NCBI GenBank assembly: GCA_051313645.2
Contig: JBNRSN020000018.1
Coordinates: forward strand, 113,212,001-113,276,000
Length of the DNA: 64,000 nt
Direction: 5' to 3'
Source: Centroscyllium fabricii
Lineage: Eukaryota
This document shows, in pieces, positions 38,848 through 50,841 of this stretch. The first letter of the stretch is position 1. Every line of letters starts with the position of its first letter. The translations under genes and the position numbers were made by a program. Under the pieces are notes generated by a model that did not search any database, was not told where the DNA came from, and saw only the letters and a program-made list of their open reading frames with translations.

Positions 38848-40089
38848 AACAAATTTGATTGAATTCTTTGAGGAGGTAACTAAGTGTGTAGATGAAGATA
38901 AGGCAGTTGATGTCGTATACATGGATTTTAGTAAGGCGTTTGATAAGGTTCCCCATGGTCAGCTCATGATGAAAGTAAGGAGTTGTGGGATAGAGGGAAA
39001 TTTGGCCGATTGGATAAGTAACTGGCTATCTCATAGAAGGCAGAGGGTGGTGGTGGATGGAAAATATTCGGGCTGGAGACCAGTCACCAGCGGTGTGCCG
39101 TAAGGGTCGGTGCTGGGTCCTCTGCTATTTGTGATTTTTATCAATGACTTGGAGGAGGGGGCTGAAGGGTGGGTCAGTAAATTTGCGGATGACACCAAGA
39201 TTGGTGGAGTAGTGGATGAGGTGGAAGGATGTTGTAGGCTGCAGAGAGACATTGACAGGATGCAGAGCTGGGCCGAAAAGTGGCAGATGGAGTTTAACCC
39301 TGACAAGTGTGAGGTGATTCATTTTGGTAGGACAGATATGAATATGGAGTACAGGGTCAACAGCAAGGTTCTGAAGAATGTGGAGGAACAAAGGGATCTT
39401 GGGGTTCATATCCATAAATCGCTGAAGGTTGCCACTCAGTGGATAGAGCTGTAAAGAAGGCCTACAGTGTGTTGGCGCTTGTTAACAAGGGGTTTGAGTT
39501 TCGGAACCGTGAGGTTATGCTGCAACTGTACAGGTCCCTGGTGAGACCACACTTGGAATATTGTGTGCAGTTCTGGTCACCTCACTATAGGAAGGACGTG
39601 GAGGCATTGGAAAGAGTGCAGAGGAGATTTACCAGGATGCTGCCTGGTTTGGGGGGAAGGTCTTATGAGGAGAGGTTGAGGGAGCTGGGGCTCTAATCTT
39701 TGGAGCGAAGGAGGATGAGAGGCGACTTAATAGAGGTTTATAAGATGATGAGGGGGATAGATAGAGTGGACGTACAGAGACTATTTCCTAGGGTAGGTAT
39801 AGCAGTTACAAGAGGGCATAACTATAAGGTACATGGTGGGAGATATAGGAAGGATGTCCGAGGTAGATTCTTTACTCAGAGAGTGGTCGGGGTGTGGAAT
39901 GCACTGCCTGCTGAAATAGTGGAATCGGACAATTTGGGAACCTTCAAAAGGTTACTGGATAGACACATGGAGTACAAAGAATGTTAGGGGGTGGGATAGC
40001 TAGATCTTCGTATCGGGCAGTGCTCGGCACAACATTGAGGGCCGAAGGGCCTGTACTGTGCTGCACTGTTCTATGTTCTATATGTTCTA
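38848..40089 (+). mobile_element. 5'-truncated CR1 LINE (RT plus tail), with stops and a frameshift
   Basis: YMDFSKAFDKVPH, SGVP*GSVLGP, KFADDTK, RPHLEYCVQFWSP and a (TTCTATG)n tail. Confidence 0.93.
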
Positions 40090-40554
40090 AAGCTTCACAA
40101 GCGGGGTAATAAAAGAAAAATGGTGTCAGGCAAAAGAAGGAGATATTTATTGGGAGGGGTGGTCCAAACTTTGGTTAAAGAGGTGGAGATTAATAAGGGT
40201 CAAAGGAGGACAGAGGTGGATAGGTAGATGGGTTCAAGGGAAGGCATTGCAGAGCATGTTGCAACGTGGCTGAAGGCACGGCCACCAGTGGTGGGGTGGA
40301 GGCAGTCTAGAATGAAGGCAATTAAGAAGAATATAAAATAATATTAGCTATAGATCACAGGATGACACGAGACAGCAATATAACAAAGCAAATGGGGCAT
40401 TGGGTTATATTATTAAATCGATTGAGCTGAAATCATGCTGAACTATACAGTGCTGTGGTTAGGCTGCACCTAGAATATTGTGTATAGCCCTGGCTGTTGT
40501 GACAAGGGGCCATCCAGGCCCAAGGGTTAAAGCGCAAAGGACAGCAACATGCTT

Positions 40555-40940
40555 GGAGACTTGAGCACCTAATCTAGGCCTGCACTCCAATGCAGTACTG
40601 AGGGAGTGCTGCACTGTTGGAGGTGCCGTCTTTTGGATGAGATGATAAACCGAGGCCCTGTCTGCCCCCTCGGGTGGATGCGAAAGATCCCGTGGCACTA
40701 TTTAGAAGAGCAGGCGATTTATCCCCGGTGTCCTGGCCAATATTTTGCCCTCAATCAACATCGCTGAAACAGGTTATCTGGTCATTTTCACATTGCTGTC
40801 TGTGGGAGCATGCTGTGCACAAATTGGCTGCTGTGTTTCCTACATTACAACAGTGACTACATTTAAAAAGTACTTCATTGGCTGTAAACCACTTTGGGAT
40901 GTCCCGAGGTTGTGAAAGGCACTGTATAATTGCAAGTATT
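40555..40940 (+). mobile_element. Deu-domain SINE
   Basis: Uninterrupted Deu domain with its tail. Confidence 0.78.
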
Positions 40941-41629
40941 TTTTTTATTTAAACAGTAAAATAGATTTGTGCTGTTGTAAGTAAACAAGTTTAATTATGG
41001 ATTAATGCACAAATACTTGGTAGGGAACAGAGCTGCTGTAATTACTGCAGCGTTGGGCCTATTGCTTTATTACACCTTTGGACTGTGTCTGCCAGTGATC
41101 TGAGCTCTCCAGTTAGTGCTTCAGTGCAGGTGTCTGGTAGAGAAGTGCTCAGAGCCTGAGTATCACCAAACCAGCTGTTTAGTGCAGGCGAGGCATCTGT
41201 GAAATTGCCTGGGCTAACAGATCGAATGAGGTGGCTGTGGAAGACTGTGTTTGAGGTCTCCAGCACAGGCACTTTGCGATCTATGCTTTGCGTTACTCCA
41301 GGGGCAGGCCTGAATCCAGTTCAGGATGTTTACTGAGGACAAGTAAACAGCTTCCTGTTGAATCCAAGCAAAAAACCAGACCATTAAATGTACAATTTCC
41401 TCCTGCAGTTCAAGGGTAACGTGAAAGCATGGCTCAGCTCCAAGTTTCCATTTCTTCATTGGTAAACATAGTCCAGCTCAACTGAAGTGAGTGCGGTTAC
41501 AAACCTGGACTTGGGACTCCAGTTGGTGCCAAATCCAATTCGAACACAAATAGATGATGAGTCGTGTCCATTTGCATTAGCTGTTCAACAGGACATGGGC
41601 ATCCTAACGTAGCGGATAAAGGTGCACGC

Positions 41630-42004
41630 CGGCATGGTGGCACAGTAGTTAGCAATGTTGTCTCACAGCACTGGAGACCCGGGTTCAAATCCAGCCTCGG
41701 GTACTATCTGTGTGGAGTTTGCACATTCTCCCCGTGTCTGCGTGGGTTTCCTCCGGGTGCTCCGGTTTCCTCCCACAGTCCAAAGATGTGCGGGTTAGGT
41801 TGATTGGCCAGGATAAATTGACCCTTAGTGTTAGGGGGATTAAATGTGTGGGGTTACAGAGATAGGGTGGGATATGCAGGTTCGATAGCGATCGAGGGGT
41901 ATGGGGACGGGGTACTGGGTTTGGATGATCAGCCATGATTTCATTGAATGGCGGAGCAGGCTCGAAGGGCCGAATGGCCTACTCCTGCTCCTAGTTTCTA
42001 TGTT
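41630..42004 (+). mobile_element. HE1-like V-SINE (intact)
   Basis: tRNA head, V domain and CR1-type tail. Matches 13008-13797 without the insert. Confidence 0.88.
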
Positions 42005-42382
42005 TAATTCTTCGCCGCCGCTGCTCTCAGCGACTGGTGAGGACCGTGTGCTTGTACCAAGAGTGTAGAGGTGGACAGCGATGAAAAGAGCAATGCACAA
42101 TAAAAGAAAGGGAAGGAAATGGGCAAAAGATTACATCGATTTTAAGAAAGAAAAACATCTGGACTCAACAGAATGCCATCTCAGTAAAAGTGCGGGGTCC
42201 CTGCTGTCCTCGATCTGCAGCAGGCACTTCACATGCTCATCTCCAGGCCTGGGTTGCAGTATAAGAGATTCAATGTGAATCTCACTCAATTTGCCTCTGT
42301 AAAATCAGCTCGATTAAAAATAGCAGCATATTAACTTTTTACACACCCAGGACTAATTAGGAGGAAAATGTTTTTTTTATAT

Positions 42383-43030
42383 AGAGTCATAGAGTTTTAC
42401 AGCATGGAAAGAGGCCCTTTGGCCCATCGCGTCCGGGCCGGCCACCAAGCCCTGTCTATTCTAATCCCATTTTCCAGCACTTGGTCCGCAGCCTTGTATG
42501 TTATGGCATCTGAAGCGCTCATCCAAATGCCTCTTGAATGTTGTGAGTGAGGGTTCCTGCCTCCACCACCCTTTCAGGCAGTGAGTTCCAGATTCCAACC
42601 GCCTTCTGGGTGAAAAAGTTCCTGCTCAAATCCCCTCTAAATCTCCTGACCCTAACCTTGAAACTATGCCCTCTGGTTATTGACCCTCTACTAAGGGAAA
42701 AAGTTCCTTTCTATTTACCCTATCTATGCCCCTCATAATTTTGTACACCTCAATCAGGTCCCCCCTCAGCCTTCTCTGCTCCAAGGAAAACAACCCCAGC
42801 CTGTCCAGTCTTTCTTCATAGCTGAAGCGCTCCAGCCCAGGTAACATCCTGGTGAAACTCCTCTGCACCCTCTCTAAAGCAATCTCATCCTTCCTATAGT
42901 GTGGCGACCAGAACTGCACACAGTACTCCAGCTGTGGCCTTACCAGCATTTTGTACAGCTCCATCATAACCTCCCTGCTCTTATATTCTATGCCTCGGCT
43001 AATGAAGGCAAGTATCCCATTAATCGTCTT
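42383..43030 (-). mobile_element. CR1 LINE 3' fragment
   Basis: GILAFISRGIEYKSREV..RPQLEYCVQFWSP..LGLFSLEQRRLRGDLIEVYK. Confidence 0.9.
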
Positions 43031-43081
43031 TAACATTTCTGAATAAATTCATAATGAAATAAACAACAGCAGCAACAACAA

Positions 43082-43803
43082 ATTGGATTGGATTGGATTG
43101 GATTGGATTCGCTTTATTGTCATTGCACAGTACAAGTAAAATGCAACGAAATTAGGTGTGTCCAACCAGAGTGCAAACAGCAGTTATATGCATATATATA
43201 ATAATAATATACAGTAAAAGAGTATATACAATAAGTGCAGTAGGTTAAAATGCCTTTAAAAATACACTATATAAAAGTTATATTCGCTATGGTCTTATGT
43301 ACAAACAGGTTATGAACATAATAGCATCTCATGAACTTCAAGGGCTAGGCAGTATGAGACGGGGTGGAGTTCTTTGTCAACAGTCTGACAGCTGAGGGGA
43401 AGAAGCTGTTAATAGTCCTGTTGGTTCTGCCCGGGAGGCTGCGATAGCGTGACCCAGTGCGAGTGCCACGTTGGGCGATAAACAGTCCATGGTTGGGATG
43501 AGAGGCGTCTCCGATGATGTTACGTGCCCTCCGTAAGCACCGCCTCTCATAGACTGAAGTGATGGATGGGAGCGAGGTCTTGGTGATGCGTTGGGCGATT
43601 TTCACCACCTTCTGCAATGATTTTCGGTCGCTGATGGTACAGTTGCCGTACCAGACTGAGATGCAGGTGGTAAGGATGCTCTCAATGGTACAGCGGTAGA
43701 AGTTCATCAGCACCTGAGAGGATAGGCGAAGTTTAGCCAGTTTCCTCAAGAAAAAGAGGCGCTTGTGGGCCTTCTTGACCAGAGTTGAGGTATTGGTGGT
43801 CCA
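43082..43803 (-). mobile_element. Rex1/Babar LINE 3' fragment
   Basis: WTTNTSTLVKKAHKRLFFLRKL..FYRCTIESILTTCISVWYGN and a TGACAATAAA..(CCAAT)n tail. Confidence 0.85.
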
Positions 43804-45204
43804 GGATTGCATTTATATAGCACCTTTAACGTAGTAAAACATCCCACGGTGCTTCAGAGCAATCACATGAGGAGATATTAGGACAGGCGACCAAAAGCTT
43901 GGTCAAAGTGGTAGATTTTAAGGAGCGTCTTAAAGGAGGAGCGAGAGGCAGAGATACGATCATAAATGTCATTAATTTATACTTTTTAGAGGCCCACCCA
44001 CCCCAATTCCGAACCATCCAATCATTTTTTTTTTAAAGAATTAGAGCAAAGCAGAAAGAAACAGGCAACAATCTCAAACATAATTGCCCGACTTTCAAAA
44101 AGTCTGTGATTGTTAAAATGTTTGGAATGAGAAGCGATGAGAATTATGGTTCTGCTGTCGAAGCTGAAAGACAATCACCGCCATAACACAGAAATGCTCT
44201 TAAAAAGCAAAGATTGAACCAGTCAGTAATATAGATATGAATGTCATTGCAATGAATCAGTTTGTTAGTGAAACACTGCTTATTTCATTTCGTTGCAGCA
44301 AAAATGCCTAAAAGCTTTCTTGTGCGAGTGGATGGGGGGGGGGGGGGGCGGGGGGGGATATTCAGGGTGAGTGGAGGGAGGTATCTGCTTAGATGTGGGA
44401 TGATGGGTGTGATGTGCTGTTAAAGTGAAGTTGAAATGATTGAGGCTATTTGAAGACATGAAGAGTTCCATCCTTCTGTGGGCAGGGAGTAATTTACAGA
44501 GCTAAAAGTGGGAGTGAAATATCTCCTCAATATCTGTGTTTGGCAGCAGAGATGAATGCATACATCAGGAAACAATGTTTACGTGTTTTATTTCCTTATT
44601 CCAGCCTGTCAAGCTGTCAAGAGTAAGCTAATGGCCGCCGAGATGGCAAAAGCATGAATGCAAGAATGGAAGCTTGTGAAAGGACTTTGAAGAGAAGGGG
44701 CTGTTGTGGTGGCCGCTTAATTTGAAAGGAGCTGAAATTACGCAGTTTATTAAATTAGATATCTGCTTAGATGTGGGACTGGGAGCGGGAGACAGGGGCA
44801 GACACACAGAAGCACGGTGCACTGACACAAGGAACTGTTTAAACTGACCAAACATATGGTGAAGGCATGGTCCTTTTTGAAATGCTCTGAAATCATTTCT
44901 ATCCGATTCAAATTGTGCGGCACGTTCTGTCTCTTTGCCTTAAATAGAGAAAACACCTTTTAAAAATGTACTTCCCAGTAATTGTCCCCTCCTGAGCTGT
45001 TCCTTCATCCTTTGCGGGGTTGTTCTAGGGAGCGACACGTTTTAATTTTAAACACTGAAATGCAAGTAAAAGGCTGCAGAAATGTTGAAGACAAATACTG
45101 TTACACAGCTGTCACGAATGTGGTATGTTCTCATTGTAAAGCAATGGTGATGTAAAGCAATGGTGAGCAGCACAAATTACAACGTGGGTTTCAATCATCT
45201 TTAA

Positions 45205-45440
45205 TAACAACAGAAAACGCTGGAAAAACTCAGCAGGCCAGGCAGCATCGGTGGAGAGAAATTTTAGAGTTGACATTTCGGGTTCGGACCCTTTATCAAA
45301 ACTAAAGTTGGGGAATGAAACACAAGCAGGAAGGGGGGGAGGGGGAAAGGATCAAAGAGAAGACAGCACAAAGAGAAAAGACTGAGAGGAGATTCTGTGG
45401 ACAGGAGACAGTAGTTGATTAGCTGTGAAAACGCTGGCAG
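45205..45440 (-). mobile_element. Penelope family B terminus
   Basis: AATAACAACAGAAAACGCTGGAAAAACTCAGCAGGCCAGGCAGCATC, as at 14206 and 37483. Confidence 0.7.
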
Positions 45441-45444
45441 AGCA

Positions 45445-45814
45445 AGAAGTCACACAACACCAGGTTATAGTCCAACAGCTTTATTTGAAATCACAAGCTT
45501 TCGGAGCGCTGCTCCTTCCTCAGGTGAAGTGAAGAGATGCACATCGGCACAGCATATATAGTCAAAGTCCTTTCGGGATCTTGTCTGCTTTCTTGCATCT
45601 CTGTAGAAACTTGATGTCTGTGTCGATGTGCACGATCTTCTTGGAGATCCTCTCCACTCGGAGCCGGCAGTTTGTGGTGTCGATAGTAGACATGATGTGG
45701 AGGTGCCGGTGTTGCACTGGGGTGGACAAATGTAAGAAGTCACACAACACCAGGTTACAGTCCAACAGTTTTATTTGAAATCACAAGCTTTCGGAGCGCT
45801 GCTCCTTCATCAGG
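45445..45814 (-). mobile_element. Penelope family A tandem pLTRs with the ORF start
   Basis: Hammerhead motifs at 45491-45527 and 45781-45814. MSTIDTT..IKFLQRCKKADKIPKGL resembles a Penelope ORF N-terminus. Confidence 0.8.
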
Positions 45815-45831
45815 CAAAAGAGAAGTTCATC

Positions 45832-46031
45832 NNNNNNNNNNNNNNNNNNNNNNNNNNNNNNNNNNNNNNNNNNNNNNNNNNNNNNNNNNNNNNNNNNNNN
45901 NNNNNNNNNNNNNNNNNNNNNNNNNNNNNNNNNNNNNNNNNNNNNNNNNNNNNNNNNNNNNNNNNNNNNNNNNNNNNNNNNNNNNNNNNNNNNNNNNNNN
46001 NNNNNNNNNNNNNNNNNNNNNNNNNNNNNNN
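45832..46031. other. Assembly gap (200 N)
   Basis: Run of N. The round size suggests a scaffold join of unknown true length. Confidence 0.99.
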
Positions 46032-46363
46032 CCCGTCGGGTGACGCACGGACGTCGCCGGCACCCCCGGACGTCGCCGGCACCCCCGACGTGATGACGTC
46101 ACCAGGCGGCCAACCGGCAGTGACGTCAGCAGCCGCGGGACCTTTAAATAACTGAGCGCCAGGTGGCTCTCTCTCTCTTCCACCTGGCCCTAGCTGTAAC
46201 AGCAATAAAAGTTAATCTTCCGAATCCTCTGTGTCCAGCGTGGTCCTTCGGCCCTGTATGCCTCTACAGTGGTGACCTCGATACTTGGGACGATTCCCAA
46301 GGGAACAATGAAGCAGTCGCTGCAGGACTGAGGGCCAAGCTGCCTCAGTGAATCGCTGTCACC

Positions 46364-47060
46364 ATGCCAGCAGTGAACAACCCAGCACACCGAGGCAGAC
46401 GGGACAACCTCTACCTCCAGATCCCAGCCCTACCGCAGTTCTGGGAGCTCCGTCCAGTGGCTTGGTTTCTCAACACGGAGAACACCTTCCGCATCTATGG
46501 CGTGCAGGGAGACGACCGCTACAGCCTGCTCTTCGCAGCCCTTGCACAGTCCACCATCGACAGAATGTGGGACACCATCGAGCAAGATACTACTGCTGGC
46601 AGGTACGAATCGCTAAAGGCCGCGCTGCTTGAAAAATTTACCCCAACCATTTTCGAGCGCGATTGCCAGGTCATTAACCTCCCCGACCTGGGAGACTTAG
46701 ACCCACCGACTGTGGGCCCAGTTCGAGGCGCTCAATCGCGACCCGGCCACCCTTAAGCGCGCCCTCTACCTCCTTAAGCTGCCCCCCTCCATCAGACCGA
46801 CACTGACGGTCTTGGAGCACCTCTCAAATAGGCAGTTAGCTCAAGAGGCAGACAAGCTTATTAAGGCCGAGCGCACCCGCGCCACCATGCACCGTAACGC
46901 TGCCGCTCAACAACAGCAGCACTATGCGCAACCCCGGCCCCAACTCAGAGCTGTGCGGAACCCACAAGAAGCCGCGCGCCACGGGACCCGGCTGGTGCTA
47001 CTACCACACCAGGTTTGAGGCCAAAGCGCAGCGCTGCGTCCAGCCCTGCACCTTCAAACC
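46364..47060 (+). pseudogene. gag: gag (frameshifted) with a CHCC zinc motif
   Basis: LPQFWELRPVAWF..YESLKAALLEKF. CYYHTRFEAKAQRCVQPC = Cx2Hx9Cx3C at 46996-47049. Confidence 0.85.
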
Positions 47061-50000
47061 CCAAACCAGCCCAGGCTCCACCATGTGCGTCGGCCGCTCC
47101 GGAGCGCTGCTCTTCGTCACAGACAGTGTCTCAGGCCTCCGCTTCCTCTGCGACACAGGCGCGCAGCACAACATCGTGCCAGCTCCCCCGCAGAATCCAA
47201 GCAGGGCACCCAAGGCCCACCACTCGAAGCCGCAAACGGCTCCAAGATACTCACGTTCGGTACCCGCCAGCTTACCATCAAACTAGCAGGCCACAGGTAC
47301 ACGTGGGACTTCATTACCGCGCAGGTTAGCATACCCCTACTCGGGGCCGACTTTGTGCACCCACGTGCTCCTAGTCGACGTTACCCGGCGCCGTCTGGTC
47401 GACATCCACCTCATGTCGACCATCCCTTGCTCCGCAGGCCCAGCACACCAGACCCACGCAGCAGTCCACTGCCGAGCCCGGAACTCCGACACGTACGCCA
47501 CGCTGCTCGCTGAGTTCCCGGCCCTAACCAACCCCACCTTCACAGCCCGCTCCGCCAAACACGGCGTTGAGCACCACATCACCACCACAGGCCACCCGGT
47601 CCATGCCCACGCACGCAGGCTGGACCCAGCCAAGCTGGAGATCGCGCGCGCCGAGTTCCACATCATGGAACAGCTCGGCATAATCCGCCGCTCCAGCAGC
47701 CCCTGGGCTTCCCCCCTCCACATCGCCCCCAAACCCGACGGCGGCTGGCGCCCCTGCGGAGACTACCGCCGCCTCAACAACGCCACCACCCCAGACAGGT
47801 ACCCCGTCCCCCACATCCAAGATTTTTCAGCAAGGCTAGCCGGCTGCACGATCTTTTCGAAGATCGACCTGGTATGGGGCTACCACCAAGTTCCAGTGCA
47901 CCCGGCGGACGTCCCTAAGACAGCCGTCATCACCCCATTCGGCCTGTTCGAATTCCTCCGAATGCCCTTCGGACTTAAAAATGCGGCCCAGGCCTTCCAG
48001 CGCCTCATGGACTCAGTCCTCCGGGACCTGCAGTTCACATTCGTCTATCTGGACGACATCCTGGTGGCCAGCACCTCCCCCCAGGAACACCTCACCCACC
48101 TCAGGACCCTTTTCAACCGCCTGGCCGAACACGGCCTTATCCTAAGCCCCTCCAAGTGTCGATTCGGCCTCGAGGCTATCGACTTCCTCGGCCACCACAT
48201 CTCCCAGACCGGGGCCATACCCCTGCCCTCCAAGGTGCAGGCGGTCCAGGAATTCCCCTGCCCGCACTCCATCAAGGGGCTGCAGGAATTCCTCGGGATA
48301 GTCAATTTTTACAATCGATTCATCCCCGGAGCAGCCGCTCTCATGGCCCCCCTCTATCAGGCCACCCGCGGGCAGTCTAACAAGGCTCCAGTCGAGTGGA
48401 CGGCCGAAGCCGCCACTGCCTTCACCGCAACCAAAACAGCCCTGGCCAACGCCACGCTCCTCAGCCACCCTAGGCCCAACGCCAGAGTAGCCCTCACCAC
48501 CGACCGCGCTGTCGGAGCAGTCTTTGAGCAGTGGACGGGCGACTCCTGGCAGCCACTGGCCTTTTTCAGCCGACAACTCCGGCCCCCAGAGGTCAAGTAC
48601 AGCGCCTTCGATAGGGAGCTACTCGCTCTCTACCTCGCGGTGCGCCACTTTCGCTTCCTCCTGGAGGACCGCCACTTCACAGCCTTCGTAGATCACAAGC
48701 CACTGGTATCCGCAATGGCTAAGATCTCCGAACCCTGGTCGGCCAGGCAGCAGCGCCAGCTCGCGGCCGTGTCCGAGTTCACGACCGACATCCAGCACAT
48801 TGCCGGCCGCGACAACGTGGTCGCTGACTGCCTCTCACGCCCCGCCATCGGCACAACAGCCCCCGACCACCCCCCACCGGCGGCAACCCAGCCACCGGCC
48901 ATCCCCTGCACCCCGCCGTCACAGCGCGGGCCCCACCGGCACACAAACCGTCGACCACCCCCCACGACCCACCATCGACAGCGCGGTCGCCGACAAACCC
49001 CCACCACCAGCCACCGACCACGCCTGCGCGCACTGCCTCTCGTACCCAGCCACCAACTCCGTCCAGACGGCCGTCGACTACGTCAAAATGGCGGCCGACC
49101 AACTGACCGACCCCGACCTCCTCAACCCCGCCACCAACCTCCCCGGCCTGCTCCTAGCCACCGTGGCACACGGACCCACAGCCACGGGGGTCCGCTGCGA
49201 CGTCACCCTGCCCCAACCCAGACCCGTCGTCCCCCACACATGGAGGCAACACATCTTCCAGACCCTCCATGGCCTCTCCCACCCCGGTGTCCGCGCATCT
49301 ACCAAGCTCATCTCTGCGCGATTCGTTTGGCGCGGCCTACGTAAAGATGTCCGCGCCTGGACCACCGCGTGCAATGCCTGCCAGCGCGCCAAGGTGCACA
49401 ACCACATCAAGGCACCGCTCGAACCAATCGTCGTCCCGGCCAGACGTTTCAGCCACGTTCACATTGACCTGGTCGGACCACTACCCCCATCACGTGGACA
49501 CTCATATCTGTTAACAATGGTCGACTGCACCACCCGCTGGCCCGAAGCGGTCCCCCTCAGCACGACCACCACCGCCGAACTGGCCAGGGCCTTCATCGCC
49601 ACCTGGGTCGCCCGGTTCGGCGTCCCCACCGACATCACTTCAGACAGGGGCCCCCAATTCACTTCAACCCTATGGTCAACCATCGCTCACGACCTCGGGG
49701 CAACCCTGCACCGAACCACCGCCTACCACCCACAGGCCAACGGTTCCACCGATCTTTCAAGGCCTCCCTGCGGGCCAGCCTCCAGGACGCAACCTGGACG
49801 GACCGCCTGCCCTGGGTAATGCTCGGCCTCCGCTCGGCGGCCAAAGAAGACCTACACGCCTCGGCAGCCGAGCTGGTTTATGGCCAACCACTGACTGTAC
49901 CAGGCGAGTTCGTGGCAGAAACAAACGAACTCTGGTCAGCCGAGCGCTGCCTCAGAGACTTTAACAACCAGGCAGCAGCATTCAAACCACTTCCGGTGGC

Positions 50001-50310
50001 CCGGCACGGACAGCCGGCAACACGTGTTCCCAAGGGCATCCAAGACGCCAAGTATGTGTTTGTCCGCCATGACGCACACCGAACACCGCTGCAGCCACCA
50101 TACGACAGACCATTTAGAGTGCTTCGGGCGGGACCCAAAACGTTTGACATTCAAATGGGCAACAGAACTGAGACCGTATCCATTGACCGGCTCAAACCAG
50201 CGCACGTAATGGCGGGCGAGACAACAGTCCCCGCACAACCACCAAAGCGCGACGCCCTACCGCACCAAAACCCGCCCACACTCCCACGCAGAACAAGAAG
50301 CAGCGCATGA
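47061..50310 (+). pseudogene. pol: pol: protease, RT, RNase H, integrase (several frameshifts and deletions)
   Basis: FLCDTGA; YLDD at 48046-48057; YSAFDRELLA/DHKPL/ADCLSR; HGLSH..CNAC; HIDLVGP..SDRGPQF..YHPQANG; PPYDRPF..VSIDRLKP. Confidence 0.92.
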
Positions 50311-50841
50311 CACGTGCCGGTCGCATCATCAGGCCACCTCAGCGCCTCGCCTGAGACGACACGTGCGGGCCACACCAGCAGGCCGCCTCAACACCATTTT
50401 TCGAACCACGGAACAGCACACACCTGCCCGCCACAACATCAGGCCATTGCGGCAAACTGTCGGACATTGTGTGTGATATCGAAATGTGTGTTTGCTCTCT
50501 TTTACGTCTCCCTCTCCTCTAGGCTCAACTACGCTTTCCCTCACGGATTCTGGGGGGGGAGCTGTGTGGCGACACGCCCACCGGCAGCTACGAACCCGCT
50601 CCTGGAAAGCTGCAAGACGGCCCCGCCCGTCGGGTGACGCACGGACGTCGCCGGCACCCCCGACGTGATGACGTCACCAGGCGGCCAACCGGCAGTGACG
50701 TCAGCAGCCGCGGGACCTTTAAATACCTGAGCGCCAGGTGGCTCTCTCTCTTCCACCTGGCCCTAGCTGTAACAGCAATAAAAGTTAATCTTCCGAATCC
50801 TCTGTGTCCAGCGTGGTCCTTCGGCCCTGTATGCCTCTACA

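Larger units (their letters stand above)
46032..50841 (+). mobile_element. Ty3/gypsy LTR retrotransposon, CsRn1 clade, defective
   Basis: 5' LTR (gap)-46268 and 3' LTR 50565-50841 (TG..CA). PBS TGGTGACC at 46270, PPT at ~50552-50561, gag-PR-RT-RH-IN order. Confidence 0.95.

Noticed and set aside
45445-46268. Penelope-gypsy composite element
   Set aside because: The two are separated by an assembly gap, so physical adjacency is unproven.
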